From NCBI GenBank assembly GCA_005191425.1, contig SUPR01000038.1, positions 1-29,198 on the forward strand: 29,198 bases of DNA, read 5' to 3'. The translations under genes were made by a program, and so were the position numbers. The notes below the pieces were generated by a model, which was given only the letters and a program-made list of their open reading frames with translations, had not been told where the DNA came from and ran no database searches. Shown one piece after another: positions 27,667-29,198 of this stretch. How positions within the stretch are numbered: position 1 is the first letter of the stretch; every line of letters starts with the position of its first letter. Source of the DNA: Candidatus Helarchaeota ASGARD archaeon Hel_GB_B. Lineage in GTDB: Archaea > Asgardarchaeota > Lokiarchaeia > Helarchaeales > HEL-GB-B.

Positions 27667-28876
27667 TGATGATTTAATTTTAGAAGATTACGATTTAGAA
27701 CCCGGGAAAAAAATATTAATGGGAAATATAGCAATGGCTGAAGGTGCAATAGCTGCTGGGTGCAGGTTCTTTGCGGGCTACCCAATAACACCACAAAACG
27801 AAGTTCCACAACATTTGAGTCAAAGACTTCCAGAAGTTGGTGGCAGATTTATCCAAATGGAAGATGAAATTGGAAGTATTAATGCAGTAGTCGGTGCTTC
27901 ATTTGCTGGTCTAAAAGCAATGACGTCGACTTCAGGACCTGGTTTTTCGCTTATGCAAGAAACCATTTCAATGGCAGCAAACAATGAAATTCCCTGCGTT
28001 ATTTGCGATGTACAAAGAGCTGGGCCAGGGTCTGGTATTGTATCTCTTCCTCATCAATCAGATGTTATGCAAGCTCACTATGGCGGAAATGGTGAATATA
28101 TTTTACCTACATTTGCTCCTTCTACATGTCAGGATCTTTTTGACTTTATGATGGACGCTTTTAATACAGCTGAAAAATATAGAGTACCAGTTGTAGTCTT
28201 ATCTGATGCATTTTTAGGACATAATCATGAGCAAGTGATTATTCCCACTGCTGATGAAATTCGTAAAAAAATTATTCCAAGAAGAAGAGTGCTTCTTGAT
28301 GATGATGGAAATATCCTAAACCCAAAATCTTATCGACCATTTACTTATGAAGATCCTAGTAATAGAGGACATTATATTATCCCACCCCCACCAGTTTTAG
28401 GAACTGAATATCATCCAAACTGGATGCCTACCGTTACTCACACCCCTGATTCAATTGCCTCTGAAGATCCATATGTTAGCACTAAAGTTAATGAAATGAT
28501 TACTTATAAAATAATTTCAAACGCTGATAAAATTTGTAAAAATGACCGCCGCTGGCTAGATGACAGTAATATCGCTGTTTTATGTTATGGGCTACCCTAC
28601 AGAACTGCAATAAAAGCTGTTAAAGACGCACGAGATGAAGGAATAAAAGTAGGGATTTTTCGATTACGTGTAGTTTGGCCTTTACCAGAAAAAGAAATTA
28701 AGGAAGTTGCTGAATCCGTTGACACAATCCTTGTCCCTGAAATTAATTTAGGACAAATATTAACCTACGTAAAAGCAATAGGTGGTTGCGATGCAAAAAT
28801 ATTACCTATTACGGCTATAGGCAGACTTCACGAGCCTAAAGAAATATTAGCAAAAATAAAGGAGGTAAATAAATAA
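27659..28876 (+). CDS. korA: 2-oxoacid:ferredoxin oxidoreductase alpha subunit
   Basis: GNxAxAEGA, FFAGYPITP, QMEDEI, TSTSGPGFSL, VQRAGP. ATG 27659 preferred over TTG 27650 (GAGGT RBS at 27646-27650). Confidence 0.93.
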   Translation: MINDDLILEDYDLEPGKKILMGNIAMAEGAIAAGCRFFAGYPITPQNEVPQHLSQRLPEVGGRFIQMEDEIGSINAVVGASFAGLKAMTSTSGPGFSLMQETISMAANNEIPCVICDVQRAGPGSGIVSLPHQSDVMQAHYGGNGEYILPTFAPSTCQDLFDFMMDAFNTAEKYRVPVVVLSDAFLGHNHEQVIIPTADEIRKKIIPRRRVLLDDDGNILNPKSYRPFTYEDPSNRGHYIIPPPPVLGTEYHPNWMPTVTHTPDSIASEDPYVSTKVNEMITYKIISNADKICKNDRRWLDDSNIAVLCYGLPYRTAIKAVKDARDEGIKVGIFRLRVVWPLPEKEIKEVAESVDTILVPEINLGQILTYVKAIGGCDAKILPITAIGRLHEPKEILAKIKEVNK

Positions 28877-29198
28877 TGGCATTATTACCAACTTATACTA
28901 TTGAAAAACCAGACCATCCATATGGTAAAAATACATTTACTGGACTACTCAGTGGTCATACCTTTAATTTATTCTGTCGAGGTTGTGGTTATGGTACAAT
29001 AGCTCATTTGTTTACGCGCGTCTGGGAAGATAATGGTCTAGACTTAAATTATCCTAATATAGTTGGTGTTGGTTGTTATTCAATGATCCCCCTAGTGCTA
29101 CCAGGTCATAAGAACATGGCACTTCATGGTAGGGGAATTGCTGTTGCAACTGGACTTAAATTAGCAAATCCCGATCTTAAGCCAATTGTCTGGGAAGG
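28876..29198 (+). CDS. korB: 2-oxoacid:ferredoxin oxidoreductase beta subunit (partial, runs off the window; absent from the ORF track)
   Basis: Translated by hand: MALLPTY...FCRGCGYG...GVGCYS...LHGRGIAVATGLKLANPDLKPIVWEG; TAATG stop/start overlap with the alpha gene; GGAGG RBS at 28861. Confidence 0.92.
   Translation, partial: MALLPTYTIEKPDHPYGKNTFTGLLSGHTFNLFCRGCGYGTIAHLFTRVWEDNGLDLNYPNIVGVGCYSMIPLVLPGHKNMALHGRGIAVATGLKLANPDLKPIVWE

Overview
AT-rich archaeal chromosomal window. An Asgard origin (Loki/Hel-like) is inferred from a roadblock/longin gene cluster, archaeal-type GGTGA/GAGGT ribosome-binding sites and Lys/Ile/Asn-rich proteins. It holds about 25 CDS: a DUF1998 (Hrq1/MrfA-type) helicase, DUF362 Fe-S protein, acyl-CoA dehydrogenase, wHTH regulator, B12-binding radical SAM enzyme, glycyl radical enzyme, two tandem HdrD/GlpC-like Fe-S proteins, a stand-alone Cas6, a four-gene roadblock/V4R-like/longin operon, YdjM-like hydrolase, corrinoid protein, a three-gene ABC cassette, a UbiA prenyltransferase and the start of a 2-oxoacid:ferredoxin oxidoreductase operon (delta, alpha, partial beta). 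No rRNA, tRNA, CRISPR array or transposase was recognised. Top leads: (1) a 150-nt GC-rich structured element at 546-695; (2) the roadblock + V4R-like + longin-roadblock + amphipathic-helix operon, which combines TRAPP- and Ragulator-type folds without a GTPase; (3) the solo Cas6; (4) a 23-bp direct repeat bracketing the ABC cassette; (5) an activase-less glycyl radical enzyme with a large insertion. All assignments come from motif recognition by eye; no searches were run.
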